From: Grimontia sedimenti
Lineage (GTDB): Bacteria; Pseudomonadota; Gammaproteobacteria; Enterobacterales; Vibrionaceae
Assembly (NCBI RefSeq): GCF_011045095.1
Contig: NZ_JAALDL010000001.1
Span: forward strand, 443,923-467,922
Reading direction: 5' to 3'
DNA length: 24,000 nucleotides
Both the position numbers and the translations under genes were made by a program. The notes beneath the pieces are model-generated. The model searched no databases and had not been told where the DNA came from. It saw only the letters and a program-made list of their open reading frames with translations. Positions 1-8,292 of the stretch are shown piece after piece (the first letter of the stretch is position 1; every line of letters begins with the position of its first letter).

Positions 1-2
1 CT

Positions 3-1472
3 CAGCGAGCAAAGCGTTTCAACATTCTCACTAACTGGCAAGGTGAAAGTGATGATGCCACCGTAGCCAGACTCGCTTTTGCCCACGCAGGCTTCCCGGC
101 TTACCGCACCCCAGAAAGTGCTGTTACCGCATTTATGCACTTGGTTGAATACAGAAGAAACCAGAAGCAATTAATGGAAACGCCAACCTCTATCGGCCAA
201 ATAGATTATGACGTTGAAGGTGGAAAAGCGCTTATTGAACAGGCACTGGAAGAAAACCTGCGCATCTTAACCACCCATGAAGCCCGTCCTTTCCTTTCAA
301 AATACGGTATTAACGTGATGGCAACCTGGTTGGCATCTGATGCTGCTGAAGCCGCGCAAATCACTGAACAGGTTGGTTATCCTGTCGCAGTTAAACTTCG
401 TTCACCTGACATCGCACATAAGTCCGATGTGAATGGCGTGATGCTGGATTTAAACAACGCCACCGAAGTGGCTAATGCAGCTCAGTTAATGTTGAACCGA
501 GTCAGCATGACCTATCCAACGGCAAGGATTGAAGGCCTGCAAATCCAAAGCATGGCTAACCGTGCGGGCTCACAGGAACTTCGCGTTTGCGTTCGCCATG
601 ACCCCGTTTTCGGCCCAGTAATTCTATTGGGTGAAGGCGGCTCTGAGTGGGATGTAAACCGAGATGCTGCCGTAGCCATTCCACCACTCAACATGGCGCT
701 TGCAAGGTATTTGGTCATTGGTGCCATTAAGAGTGGAAAGCTACGCCAACGGGGCCATCCGTACAATTTAGATGTCAATGCGCTTTGCCACTTTCTCGTG
801 ACACTGTCACAGGTTTTGATTGATTTTCCTGAAATCACTGAACTGGATATCCACCCATTACTCGTGACCGGCGACAGCTTCACTGTGTTGGATGCTTCTA
901 TCAAGCTGAGCCCCTTTGATGGCGATGGCAGCACCCGAATGGCGATTCGCCCTTACCCGAAAGAGTTGGAACAACGTGCCGAACTGAAAGATGGCCGAGC
1001 CATTCTGCTGCGTCCTATTCTTCCGGAGGACGAGCCTAACCATAAGGCCTTTATCGAGCACGTCTCTGTTGAAGATCTCTACAAGCGTTTTTTCTCAGAT
1101 GTGGGCGAGTTGAACCACGAAGCCTTGGCGAATCTAACGCAAATTGATTACGACCGCGAGATGGCCTTTGTCGCCGTTCACCGTTTGGAAGATGGAAGCG
1201 ATGAAATTCTGGGCGTTGTCCGGGCGCTTGCTAACCCAGACCATACAGATGCTGAGTTTGCCGTGTTGGTTCGCTCTGATCTTAAAGGAATGGGCCTAGG
1301 CCGTATTTTAATGGAGAAGGTGATCAGCTATGGTCGGGTGAGTGGCATCAAACGTTTCAACGGTATGACCATGCCATCAAACTCCGGAATGATTGCACTG
1401 GCTCAGAAAGTGGGCTTTGAGATTGACGTGCAATTGCAAGACGGCATCGTCGAGATGGACATGGCACTGTAA
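3..1472 (+). CDS. patZ: Protein lysine acetyltransferase of the PatZ/Pka (YfiQ) family: NDP-forming acyl-CoA-synthetase-like region plus C-terminal GNAT domain. The 5' end lies upstream of the window.
   Basis: The frame of the listed 135..1472 ORF stays open back to nt 3 (QRAKRFNILTNWQGESDDATVARLAFAHAG...), so M135 is internal. An ATP-grasp-like segment (GYPVAVKLRSPDIAHKSDVNGVMLDL) is followed near the C-terminus by a GNAT acetyl-CoA motif (VRSDLKGMGLGRILMEKVISYG). The stop is followed by a hairpin terminator. Confidence 0.85.
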   Translation, partial: QRAKRFNILTNWQGESDDATVARLAFAHAGFPAYRTPESAVTAFMHLVEYRRNQKQLMETPTSIGQIDYDVEGGKALIEQALEENLRILTTHEARPFLSKYGINVMATWLASDAAEAAQITEQVGYPVAVKLRSPDIAHKSDVNGVMLDLNNATEVANAAQLMLNRVSMTYPTARIEGLQIQSMANRAGSQELRVCVRHDPVFGPVILLGEGGSEWDVNRDAAVAIPPLNMALARYLVIGAIKSGKLRQRGHPYNLDVNALCHFLVTLSQVLIDFPEITELDIHPLLVTGDSFTVLDASIKLSPFDGDGSTRMAIRPYPKELEQRAELKDGRAILLRPILPEDEPNHKAFIEHVSVEDLYKRFFSDVGELNHEALANLTQIDYDREMAFVAVHRLEDGSDEILGVVRALANPDHTDAEFAVLVRSDLKGMGLGRILMEKVISYGRVSGIKRFNGMTMPSNSGMIALAQKVGFEIDVQLQDGIVEMDMAL

Positions 1473-1500
1473 GCACTTCCGGAACACGCAGTCAAAACCC

Positions 1501-1527
1501 AAAAAAGCCGCATAATGCGGCTTTTTG
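1501..1527. terminator. Bidirectional rho-independent terminator between convergent patZ and the Dabb gene
   Basis: Perfect 8-bp stem AAGCCGCA / TGCGGCTT (1505-1512 / 1516-1523) with loop TAA. An A-run lies on the left and a T-run on the right, so it reads as hairpin plus U-tract on both strands. Confidence 0.8.
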
Positions 1528-1545
1528 TTATCTCAATAGTCCATC

Positions 1546-1848
1546 TCAGGCAGGTAAGGTGTAATCCACCACAATGATGTCTTCAATGTGCGGAACAAAC
1601 ACTGCTTTCAACGCCTCGTGTTCAGGGTGAAACAAATAATTCTGTCGCCCTTCTTCATCAGCAAAGGTCATGAAGACAACATGGGTGTAACCTTCGTTTT
1701 TCCCTTCTGGGCTGTCATTCTCCCCCCATTCAACAGAGACGACGCCTTCAACACGTTCGGGCATAGACATAAACTCTTCGCGGATTTCTTCGTGATCGGC
1801 TTCATTAGAAGTCGGTTTGAATTTTACCAACAGCAAGTGTCTGATCAT
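1546..1848 (-). CDS. Dabb-family (stress-responsive alpha/beta barrel) protein, about 100 aa
   Basis: The N-terminus MIRHLLLVKFK and the segment VEWGENDSPEG..GYTHVVFMTFADEEGRQNYLFHPEH fit the single-domain Dabb layout. I moved the start to the second ATG (1848) because GGAG sits 6 nt upstream of it; ATG 1860 has no SD. Confidence 0.75.
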   Translation of the reverse strand: MIRHLLLVKFKPTSNEADHEEIREEFMSMPERVEGVVSVEWGENDSPEGKNEGYTHVVFMTFADEEGRQNYLFHPEHEALKAVFVPHIEDIIVVDYTLPA

Positions 1849-1913
1849 GAGGTGCTCCATGCAGTGATTTAAAGGCGATTTCCATTGAGGTGAAAGAAAA
1901 CCTCAAGTCCTGT

Positions 1914-2819
1914 TTATCCTACTTTCTCTGACGGGATTGGCTGAATCACTTTTAGTAATCGCGGAATTTCGCGGATCATCCAGCTCTTCGCATTTCCCAT
2001 ACGGTTGCGTTTCCAAGCCATTACCCAATAGAGCTTGTAAGGTTCGCTGCCTTTGATGACTTTCAAGCGCCCTTCTTCAATATCTTTATTCACCCACCAG
2101 TCTGGCATGGTTCCGATACCATAACCGTCCAGAATAGCGTGGTATTTCTCCGTCATCGAAGAAACCGTTAGGCGTGGCTGTTCATCTAGGATATTGAATG
2201 TATACGTCTTGGCATTTCGCGCAGAATCTGCAACCGAAATACTGCGATAGAGACGGCGAACATCCGCATCATAAGGATTGGAATGACGGTGAATAGGATG
2301 ATTCGCAGCCGCTACCCAATAGCCATCTGAAAAGCCGATTTCCTGCATTTTAATCCCTGGAGGCGCAGCAGGCGGTTTGGGGCTAATGAGAATATCCGTG
2401 CGGTCCTCTTCCAGAGATTCCCAGGCGCCAGCGAGGATTTCTTCCTGCAAACGAACACGCGTGCTGGCCTCTCTACCCAACTTATCCACCAGCGGGAAAA
2501 AGTGTCTCGCAGTGAGCAAACCATCAAATGCAATGGTGATATCCAACTCCCAACCATGAGCCAGAGACTTAGCATCCGCCACCAATTCATCGGCGGCATT
2601 CATCAGAATCCTGCCTCTTTCAAGCAGCAATTTCCCTGCATCGGTGAAAATCGCTTTGTGACCGGAGCGGTCGAAAATCACCAAATCCAGCTCCTGTTCG
2701 AGCTTTTGAACCTGATAACTTAAAGAGGAAGGCGCGCGATTAAGAGACTCAGCTGCAGCCGCAAAGCTTCCTTTGCGGTCGATAGCATCCAGTACTTGAA
2801 GAGCTTCGAAAGATAGCAT
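1914..2819 (-). CDS. LysR-type transcriptional regulator
   Basis: Typical LTTR N-terminal wHTH (FEALQVLDAIDRKGSFAAAAESLNRAPSSLSYQVQKLEQELDLVIFDRSG) plus an effector-binding domain of about 200 aa; 301 aa in total. It is divergent from the OLD nuclease gene. Confidence 0.9.
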   Translation of the reverse strand: MLSFEALQVLDAIDRKGSFAAAAESLNRAPSSLSYQVQKLEQELDLVIFDRSGHKAIFTDAGKLLLERGRILMNAADELVADAKSLAHGWELDITIAFDGLLTARHFFPLVDKLGREASTRVRLQEEILAGAWESLEEDRTDILISPKPPAAPPGIKMQEIGFSDGYWVAAANHPIHRHSNPYDADVRRLYRSISVADSARNAKTYTFNILDEQPRLTVSSMTEKYHAILDGYGIGTMPDWWVNKDIEEGRLKVIKGSEPYKLYWVMAWKRNRMGNAKSWMIREIPRLLKVIQPIPSEKVG

Positions 2820-2850
2820 GGGTTAATTCGTTCCTTGTTCTAGTTCCAAA

Positions 2851-2922
2851 GCCATTTTTGATGTTGTTTCGGGCTTAGGTCTTTATATGACCCGATAAGA
2901 GCCATTTTGTATTCGTTTCGGG
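2851..2922. repeat. Imperfect 22-23 nt direct repeat, two copies in a 50-bp register, in the lysR / OLD-nuclease divergent intergenic region
   Basis: GCCATTTTTGATGTTGTTTCGGG (2851-2873) versus GCCATTTTGTATTCGTTTCGGG (2901-2922). Both share the GCCATTTT...GTTTCGGG ends. A perfect 10-bp palindrome ATCAGCTGAT follows at 2960-2969. Confidence 0.6.
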
Positions 2923-3061
2923 ATACACCAAAAATTATGACTATTTCAAATGTGTCACAATCAGCTGATAGAAAACAGAAAAATCTTCTACATCAGTAAA
3001 TCCGTGAAACACACACCTCCACTCGCTCGTTATGTGTCTTAGGCTTAATAAAGAGGTGATT

Positions 3062-4693
3062 ATGAAGTTAGACCGCATTGAGATTTCTGGTTTCAGAGGC
3101 ATTCGCCGCCTGTCTTTAAGTCTTGATGAGCTTACCGTGCTCATCGGCGAAAATGCGTGGGGTAAAAGTTCACTGTTAGACGCCCTTTCCCTTTGTTTAC
3201 CCTCATCAGGTGAGCATTACGAATTTGTCCGCTCTGATTTCCATATTGACCATACGCTTGGCAACGCGCAAACCAACCAAATCCAGATCATTTTTCGTTG
3301 GATTGAGGCCTTTTCCGGTGAGCATAGAGCGCGCCGTTACCGCCAGTTCAATGAAGTATGGAACGGAACTGACAACAACGGACTTCGGCGGCTAGATTTC
3401 CACATTAATGCGCTTCACGTTGACGGCAAGATCACCATTTCCCGCGACTTTCTCGATGAGCAAGGAAAGGTCATTGAGACCCCAAACAGTGAAGCCCTCG
3501 CCCGTAAGCTGATTCTTTTGCATCCTATTATCCGTATTCAGGATGCACGTCGTTTACGCGACAGCGACCTTGATTTGAATGGCAACAAAACCAGGCTGGA
3601 AAAACGGCTGGAAAATACGGTTAAACGACTGCAGCAGAAACCCGGTCACGTGAATAAAGGCGAAGTCCGCAGCGGCTTGAAGGCCATGAGAACGTTGCTC
3701 GACCATTACTTTGCGTTTGACAGCCATAACCGTTCACCCGCGGAAATCGAACCTTCCCGACACCTGAACATGCGTGCGAATTATGTGCATCCACTTGAGA
3801 TGGTGGCCAATAACACCTCTAATCACAGCCGTCTTTTGTTAATGGGTTTGCTAAGTACTTTCGTTCGTGCCCGTGGGCCAAAACAACTCAAAGCCAACGC
3901 GCGTCCTATTGTGATCTTCGAAGATCCGGAAAGTCGACTACATCCAACCCTGCTTAATCAGGCGTGGCGACTTATCAGCATCATGCCAATGCAGAAAATC
4001 CTGACCACCAACAGTGGTGATTTACTATCTGCAGTGCCACTCAACAGTATTCGACGTTTGGAACGTGGCGCGACACAAACAGAATCCCATCAAGTTCCAC
4101 CGAATCGTTTAAGCAAAGACGAAGAACGTAGAGTGTCTTTTCATGTCCGTTTTCACCGCCCAAGCGCCCTATTCGCTCGATGTTGGCTTCTGGTAGAAGG
4201 TGAAACAGAAGTTTGGCTGTTCAATGAGATGGCACGCATTCAAGGCTATGACTTAGCGGCGGAAGGTGTCCAACTGATAGAGTTTGCTCAGAGTGGCTTG
4301 AAACCCCTTATCAAACTCGCGATTGCTTTGGGCATGGAATGGCATGTGATTGCAGACGGTGACATGGCAGGCCAAAAATATGCCCACACAGCGCGGAGCA
4401 AACTAGACGGGGAAAAGGAAAAGCACCGACTGACTGTGCTTCCAGACAGAGACATCGAGCATTACCTGTTTAACCACGGATACGAACCGCTGTTCCGGGA
4501 AATGGCGCATATTGAGGGTAATACCTACATTGCTCCTAAGAAAATCATTGCGCGTGCATTGAAAAAGTACGCCAAACCCGATGCTGCATTGGCTATCATC
4601 GAATACACGGAGCAACATTTAGAAGATGATATCCCGCTGCTTCTCAGATGGATTGTGCAGCGGGTGGTGAGTATGGCGCGGGGAGCGGGTTAA
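3062..4693 (+). CDS. ybjD: OLD-family ATP-dependent endonuclease (N-terminal ABC/AAA-type ATPase plus C-terminal TOPRIM), YbjD-like, stand-alone (class 1 arrangement)
   Basis: Start set at ATG 3062 (AGAGGTG SD 5 nt upstream); the track start at 3032 adds 10 aa with no SD. The sequence shows MKLDRIEISGFRGI, Walker A GENAWGKSS, Walker B-like IVIFEDPESRLHP, and TOPRIM acidic motifs LLVEGETE and IADGD. Length (543 aa) and the conserved blocks FARCWLLVEGETE and IEFAQSGLKPL match my recollection of E. coli YbjD. Confidence 0.85.
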   Translation: MKLDRIEISGFRGIRRLSLSLDELTVLIGENAWGKSSLLDALSLCLPSSGEHYEFVRSDFHIDHTLGNAQTNQIQIIFRWIEAFSGEHRARRYRQFNEVWNGTDNNGLRRLDFHINALHVDGKITISRDFLDEQGKVIETPNSEALARKLILLHPIIRIQDARRLRDSDLDLNGNKTRLEKRLENTVKRLQQKPGHVNKGEVRSGLKAMRTLLDHYFAFDSHNRSPAEIEPSRHLNMRANYVHPLEMVANNTSNHSRLLLMGLLSTFVRARGPKQLKANARPIVIFEDPESRLHPTLLNQAWRLISIMPMQKILTTNSGDLLSAVPLNSIRRLERGATQTESHQVPPNRLSKDEERRVSFHVRFHRPSALFARCWLLVEGETEVWLFNEMARIQGYDLAAEGVQLIEFAQSGLKPLIKLAIALGMEWHVIADGDMAGQKYAHTARSKLDGEKEKHRLTVLPDRDIEHYLFNHGYEPLFREMAHIEGNTYIAPKKIIARALKKYAKPDAALAIIEYTEQHLEDDIPLLLRWIVQRVVSMARGAG

Positions 4694-5214
4694 TCCTGCT
4701 TCTCGAAGAAGATGGAGATCCTTCCTACCTCAATACCAAACTTCTTCATTGAGGTTAGATTGAAAGCACGCTTTTCGTCCTGACGATAAAGCCAGTCGTC
4801 GAGTGTCAACACATACGTACTGTCGCCGACTTCCACACTGAGATCGTAAATCCAGTTCAAGGCATTGCCAGATTCACTTCCCGTTGCGATTCCCACAACA
4901 TCACCCGCCGTGCCTTCATAGCTGCCGTCTTCGAGCCGAGTGATAGTCCAAATCCGTTTTTGTTTTTCACCATCATCAAAAACAAAGTCTTCATCCAAGG
5001 TGATTTTGTTACCTTCAACGGTGCCGACGATGCTGACTTCAAAACGACGGGTTTGCTTCCCGGTATAATCCTGCACCATTCCCCAAGCCAAGGTCTCTCC
5101 TTCAAAATACTCAAACAGATTAAAGGCGGGACTCGTCGCTTTGTAATCTTCTAACGACGCTGAACAACCAACCAATGCGGTGATCAATGCAAAAGCAGCG
5201 ATGAGTTTCTTCAC
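4690..5214 (-). CDS. DUF3833-family lipoprotein, last gene of the operon
   Basis: The GTG start overlaps the upstream stop (GTGA). Signal peptide with lipobox MKKLIAAFALITALVG|C. The family call rests on a recollected gene-neighbourhood pattern for this ~170-aa lipoprotein. Its stop overlaps the stop of the convergent OLD nuclease gene. Confidence 0.7.
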   Translation of the reverse strand: MKKLIAAFALITALVGCSASLEDYKATSPAFNLFEYFEGETLAWGMVQDYTGKQTRRFEVSIVGTVEGNKITLDEDFVFDDGEKQKRIWTITRLEDGSYEGTAGDVVGIATGSESGNALNWIYDLSVEVGDSTYVLTLDDWLYRQDEKRAFNLTSMKKFGIEVGRISIFFEKQD

Positions 5215-5807
5215 TCAGAATTTCCTCCAATTAAAGCAAGACGAAGTGATGGGTAGGCAGTGGCTGGTGATAGCCAAATCGCGGAAAAAGCATTGGCGAG
5301 GTTGGCATTGTTCAAGGTGCCTGTTGGCTCTGCTTTTCCTTGTTTGGGTTGATAGAAAAACTGGCCTTTGTCCTGGGAAAGCACATAGATCAGTCTGTCT
5401 CCCTCTTTGACGTTCGGCCATACGCCCTCCATGTTCGGCAACCATGCTTCAATCTGCTGTTGACTGAATCCAAGGTGTTCCCACTGTTCTACTGTTGCAT
5501 CGAGAAGATCGTCCGCATCAATGTCGCGGCTGTATGTAATGACAAGCGCCAGCGGATCACCATTGGCGGGTTCGAACTGACCACTTGGCGTGCGGAGTTC
5601 GCTGTCATAGATTTTCCAGAATCCCCAAGTCAGAGATGCCGCGCCAACAGGTTTCCACCAAGCCCAATCTTCTGAGGTTTGCATACCTGTGGGGCTGGCT
5701 GTTATTGGTGCAGACAGCGTGAACGCTATGACGAACGCAGAAAAAAGTGCCGTTATTCTTTTTCGGCCAGCGACTTTCCCGTCATGGAAAGATGTGATTT
5801 TGAACAT
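5211..5807 (-). CDS. Secreted chalcone-isomerase-like protein
   Basis: Start set at ATG 5807, directly preceded by the purine-rich GGGAAGGGGGAGG; the longer track ORF has no SD. Signal peptide RKRITALFSAFVIAFTLSAPITA|SP. The C-terminal AFSAIWLSPATAYPSLRLALIGG resembles the conserved end of bacterial CHI-like proteins; this family call is from memory. Confidence 0.6.
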   Translation of the reverse strand: MFKITSFHDGKVAGRKRITALFSAFVIAFTLSAPITASPTGMQTSEDWAWWKPVGAASLTWGFWKIYDSELRTPSGQFEPANGDPLALVITYSRDIDADDLLDATVEQWEHLGFSQQQIEAWLPNMEGVWPNVKEGDRLIYVLSQDKGQFFYQPKQGKAEPTGTLNNANLANAFSAIWLSPATAYPSLRLALIGGNSE

Positions 5808-6289
5808 GCCTCCCCCTTCCCTGAAAGACGTTTTAAGATGACAAGAAAAACAACACTGTAGATGAACCAAGCAGCAGCAAGGACAAGGGCAGTGTTTACA
5901 AGCGTCATAGAGAACTCAACCGCGCCAAGGCGCTCTCCTCCTAGGTAGCTCCCTGCTCCACCGACAGCACCAACAATGGCTAGTAGCCAAAGCGGCTTTT
6001 CCATCAGCCAATCACGAACCAGCCAGATGTACGTTCCAAATCCTGCCCAGAGGAACCCAAGCCATAAAGGCATGTATGAGGTGTCGAAATTCAACACTTG
6101 TAAGTGGGTTAATACGCTGTCGCCTGCCACACCGATCAGCGTAAAAAGCGGCGTAGCAAACAACACGCCTCTATCGAGCAACACAGCACCGATAAGGGCA
6201 AGCACCAGGAAAGGAAGCATGCTGTTTTGACCCAGCACAGCAGCGAACCAGTAAGCATTGAACGCCAGTGATATCAAGACAACTCGCAT
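5753..6289 (-). CDS. DUF2878-family integral membrane protein
   Basis: Hydrophobic throughout, with several predicted TM helices (LISLAFNAYWFAAVLG, FLVLALIGAVLL, LWLGFLWAGFGTYIWL, LLAIVGAVGGAGSYLGG, ALVLAAAWFIYSVVFLVIL). A strong SD (AAGGGGGAAG) precedes ATG 6289. Its position downstream of the CFA-synthase-like gene is typical for this family. Confidence 0.7.
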   Translation of the reverse strand: MRVVLISLAFNAYWFAAVLGQNSMLPFLVLALIGAVLLDRGVLFATPLFTLIGVAGDSVLTHLQVLNFDTSYMPLWLGFLWAGFGTYIWLVRDWLMEKPLWLLAIVGAVGGAGSYLGGERLGAVEFSMTLVNTALVLAAAWFIYSVVFLVILKRLSGKGEACSKSHLSMTGKSLAEKE

Positions 6290-6313
6290 ACTTCCCCCTT
6301 ACTTACATCGAAA

Positions 6314-7552
6314 CTACTCGCGCCAATCAGGACGGCTTAACACCAGCTGGACAGTGCTGATGGTACGCTCTCTGAATCCGCCTTCGCAGTAACAGAAGTA
6401 ATAACGCCACAAACGGGCGAAACGCTCGTCATAGCCCAATTCGGCGAGCTCCGTCAGGTTGTCATTGAAGCGCTGGTGCCACTCTTCAAGGGTCTTGGCA
6501 TAATCCAGGCCAATGTCCTTCAAATTGCGCATCACAAGGTCACTCTGGCGGGTAAATTGGTCCAGCAACACGCTAACGGAAGGCAGGAAACCACCGGGGA
6601 AAATGTGCTTTTGAATAAAGTCCACATTGCTGCTGTAGTGCTCGTAACGTTGGTCAGCAATGGTTATCGCCTGAATGGCCATCAGACCATTTGGTTTTAA
6701 CAGAGACTCACACTTCTTGATGTAGGTCGTCAGGAACTGTTTGCCTACCGCTTCGATCATTTCAATGGAAACAAGCTTGTCGTATTGTCCTTCCAAATCA
6801 CGATAATCTTCTTTTAGAAGCGTGATCCTATCGCTTAGGCCTTCTTGCTCAACACGACTTCTCGCCCATTCATATTGCTCGTTGGAAATCGTCGTTGTCG
6901 TCACGCGGCAGCCGTAGTGTTTAGCCGCGTGAACTGCCATACCGCCCCAGCCGGTACCTATTTCTAAGAGGTGGTCAGAAGGCGTCAGTTTGAGCTGTCG
7001 GCACAAACGATCCATTTTGAGGAACTGAGCGCGTTCTAGCGTATCGGTGTCACTCTCATAAATACCGCTGGAATAAAGCATCTCCTGATCCAGGAAACGT
7101 TCGTAAAGATCGTTACCCAAATCGTAATGAGCGGAGATATTGGAACGCGAGTTCTCTTTGGTATTGCGATTTTTCCAATGCGCAAATTTGGTAGCAATAT
7201 TGGCAATCCATCCCACTTTGCTTTCTAGTCGATCCAAAGCTGGCAGGTTTCTGCACACAGCACGGATGACAGCGGTTAAATCGGGAGAATCCCACCAACC
7301 ATCGATATATGCCTCGGCTGCGCCAATACTGCCGCCTGTCAGCACACGACGGTAAAATCCTGGGTGGCGGATAATCACTTCTGCATGAAGATCAGCATTA
7401 GGATCACCCAGCTTTTGAGTCTGCCCGTCGAAGTCGACCAAGGTCAATGAAGCGCCTTCAAGGTAGCCAAACGTGGAAACCAACATGCTTCTTGCGAAGG
7501 TATCCTTCTTCGTGACTGGCCAGGCTGATGATTCGATATTACTTGAATACAT
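6314..7552 (-). CDS. SAM-dependent methyltransferase of the cyclopropane-fatty-acyl-phospholipid-synthase (CMAS) family
   Basis: SAM motif I LLEIGTGWGGMAVHAAKHYGCRVTTTTIS and a CMAS-type C-terminus WRYYFCYCEGGFRERTISTVQLVL; 412 aa. Confidence 0.9.
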   Translation of the reverse strand: MYSSNIESSAWPVTKKDTFARSMLVSTFGYLEGASLTLVDFDGQTQKLGDPNADLHAEVIIRHPGFYRRVLTGGSIGAAEAYIDGWWDSPDLTAVIRAVCRNLPALDRLESKVGWIANIATKFAHWKNRNTKENSRSNISAHYDLGNDLYERFLDQEMLYSSGIYESDTDTLERAQFLKMDRLCRQLKLTPSDHLLEIGTGWGGMAVHAAKHYGCRVTTTTISNEQYEWARSRVEQEGLSDRITLLKEDYRDLEGQYDKLVSIEMIEAVGKQFLTTYIKKCESLLKPNGLMAIQAITIADQRYEHYSSNVDFIQKHIFPGGFLPSVSVLLDQFTRQSDLVMRNLKDIGLDYAKTLEEWHQRFNDNLTELAELGYDERFARLWRYYFCYCEGGFRERTISTVQLVLSRPDWRE

Positions 7553-7554
7553 AA

Positions 7555-8292
7555 TTACTCCTTTGCCTGTTCAGGATGACCGTAAAATGGCGCGCCTTTT
7601 ATCCAGAGTTTTAGCGCTTGCCAGTAGATCGAAAACACGACCTTTACCGTCATCACGGGCGTTTTAGCGATAAGTTTGGTGAGCTCAGACGAAGTGAATG
7701 GCTTCTTCGACATGGCGAGTGTGGCGTCAAACTCCCGTCCTTCCCGATGCGTTTCGAGATGAACAAAGGCTGTTTTATCAACAGGACGCAGCTTCCAAAC
7801 GTACTTTTGATCTATCGGGTTAAAGGGAGAGACGTGAAATGCCTTGTTGTTCTCCCAATGTCTACCCGCAGGAACCGCATAGTAATGTCGCTGGTTCCAC
7901 GGAGTGTTGCTGACTTCTGCAAGCATATAAGTCCAACGATCTTCCTCGTCATAGAGGTAATAGAAATTCACTGGGCTGAAATACAAGCCGAAGTATCGGA
8001 GATGGCAAAGCGCTAATACCTTGCCGTTGTAGCGTTTCCCGGTCAGCGTGTAGATTTTGTCTTGAACCGCTTTCTTCGTATCCTCCCGACCTTCCATGTA
8101 GTCAGGCCTGTGAAACGACGCCATTCCCCACTTTTTGGTTGTGAAACCTCTTACCGATTTAGTGAGCGAGTCGACTTCATCCAAATCAATCATGGGCATA
8201 AACATCGGGTACGAAAACATATGCTCTACCGGCATAAATCGGCGGTGACGAACACTGCCGACGAATAGGCCGCTGAGAGAGTCACCACTCAT
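7555..8292 (-). CDS. DUF1365-family protein
   Basis: The N-terminal signature GSVRHRRFMPVEHMFSYPMFMPMIDLDE and the ~245 aa size fit DUF1365. Its ATGA start overlaps the upstream oxidoreductase stop. Confidence 0.8.
   Translation of the reverse strand: MSGDSLSGLFVGSVRHRRFMPVEHMFSYPMFMPMIDLDEVDSLTKSVRGFTTKKWGMASFHRPDYMEGREDTKKAVQDKIYTLTGKRYNGKVLALCHLRYFGLYFSPVNFYYLYDEEDRWTYMLAEVSNTPWNQRHYYAVPAGRHWENNKAFHVSPFNPIDQKYVWKLRPVDKTAFVHLETHREGREFDATLAMSKKPFTSSELTKLIAKTPVMTVKVVFSIYWQALKLWIKGAPFYGHPEQAKE

Noticed and set aside
3062-4693. OLD nuclease as part of a Gabija, PARIS or retron-type multi-gene defence system
   Set aside because: No helicase, AriB-like TOPRIM partner, reverse transcriptase or structured msr/msd-like inverted repeats lie adjacent. 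The neighbours are a LysR regulator and the 3' end of the light operon. The domain order and conserved blocks match the widely conserved chromosomal YbjD.
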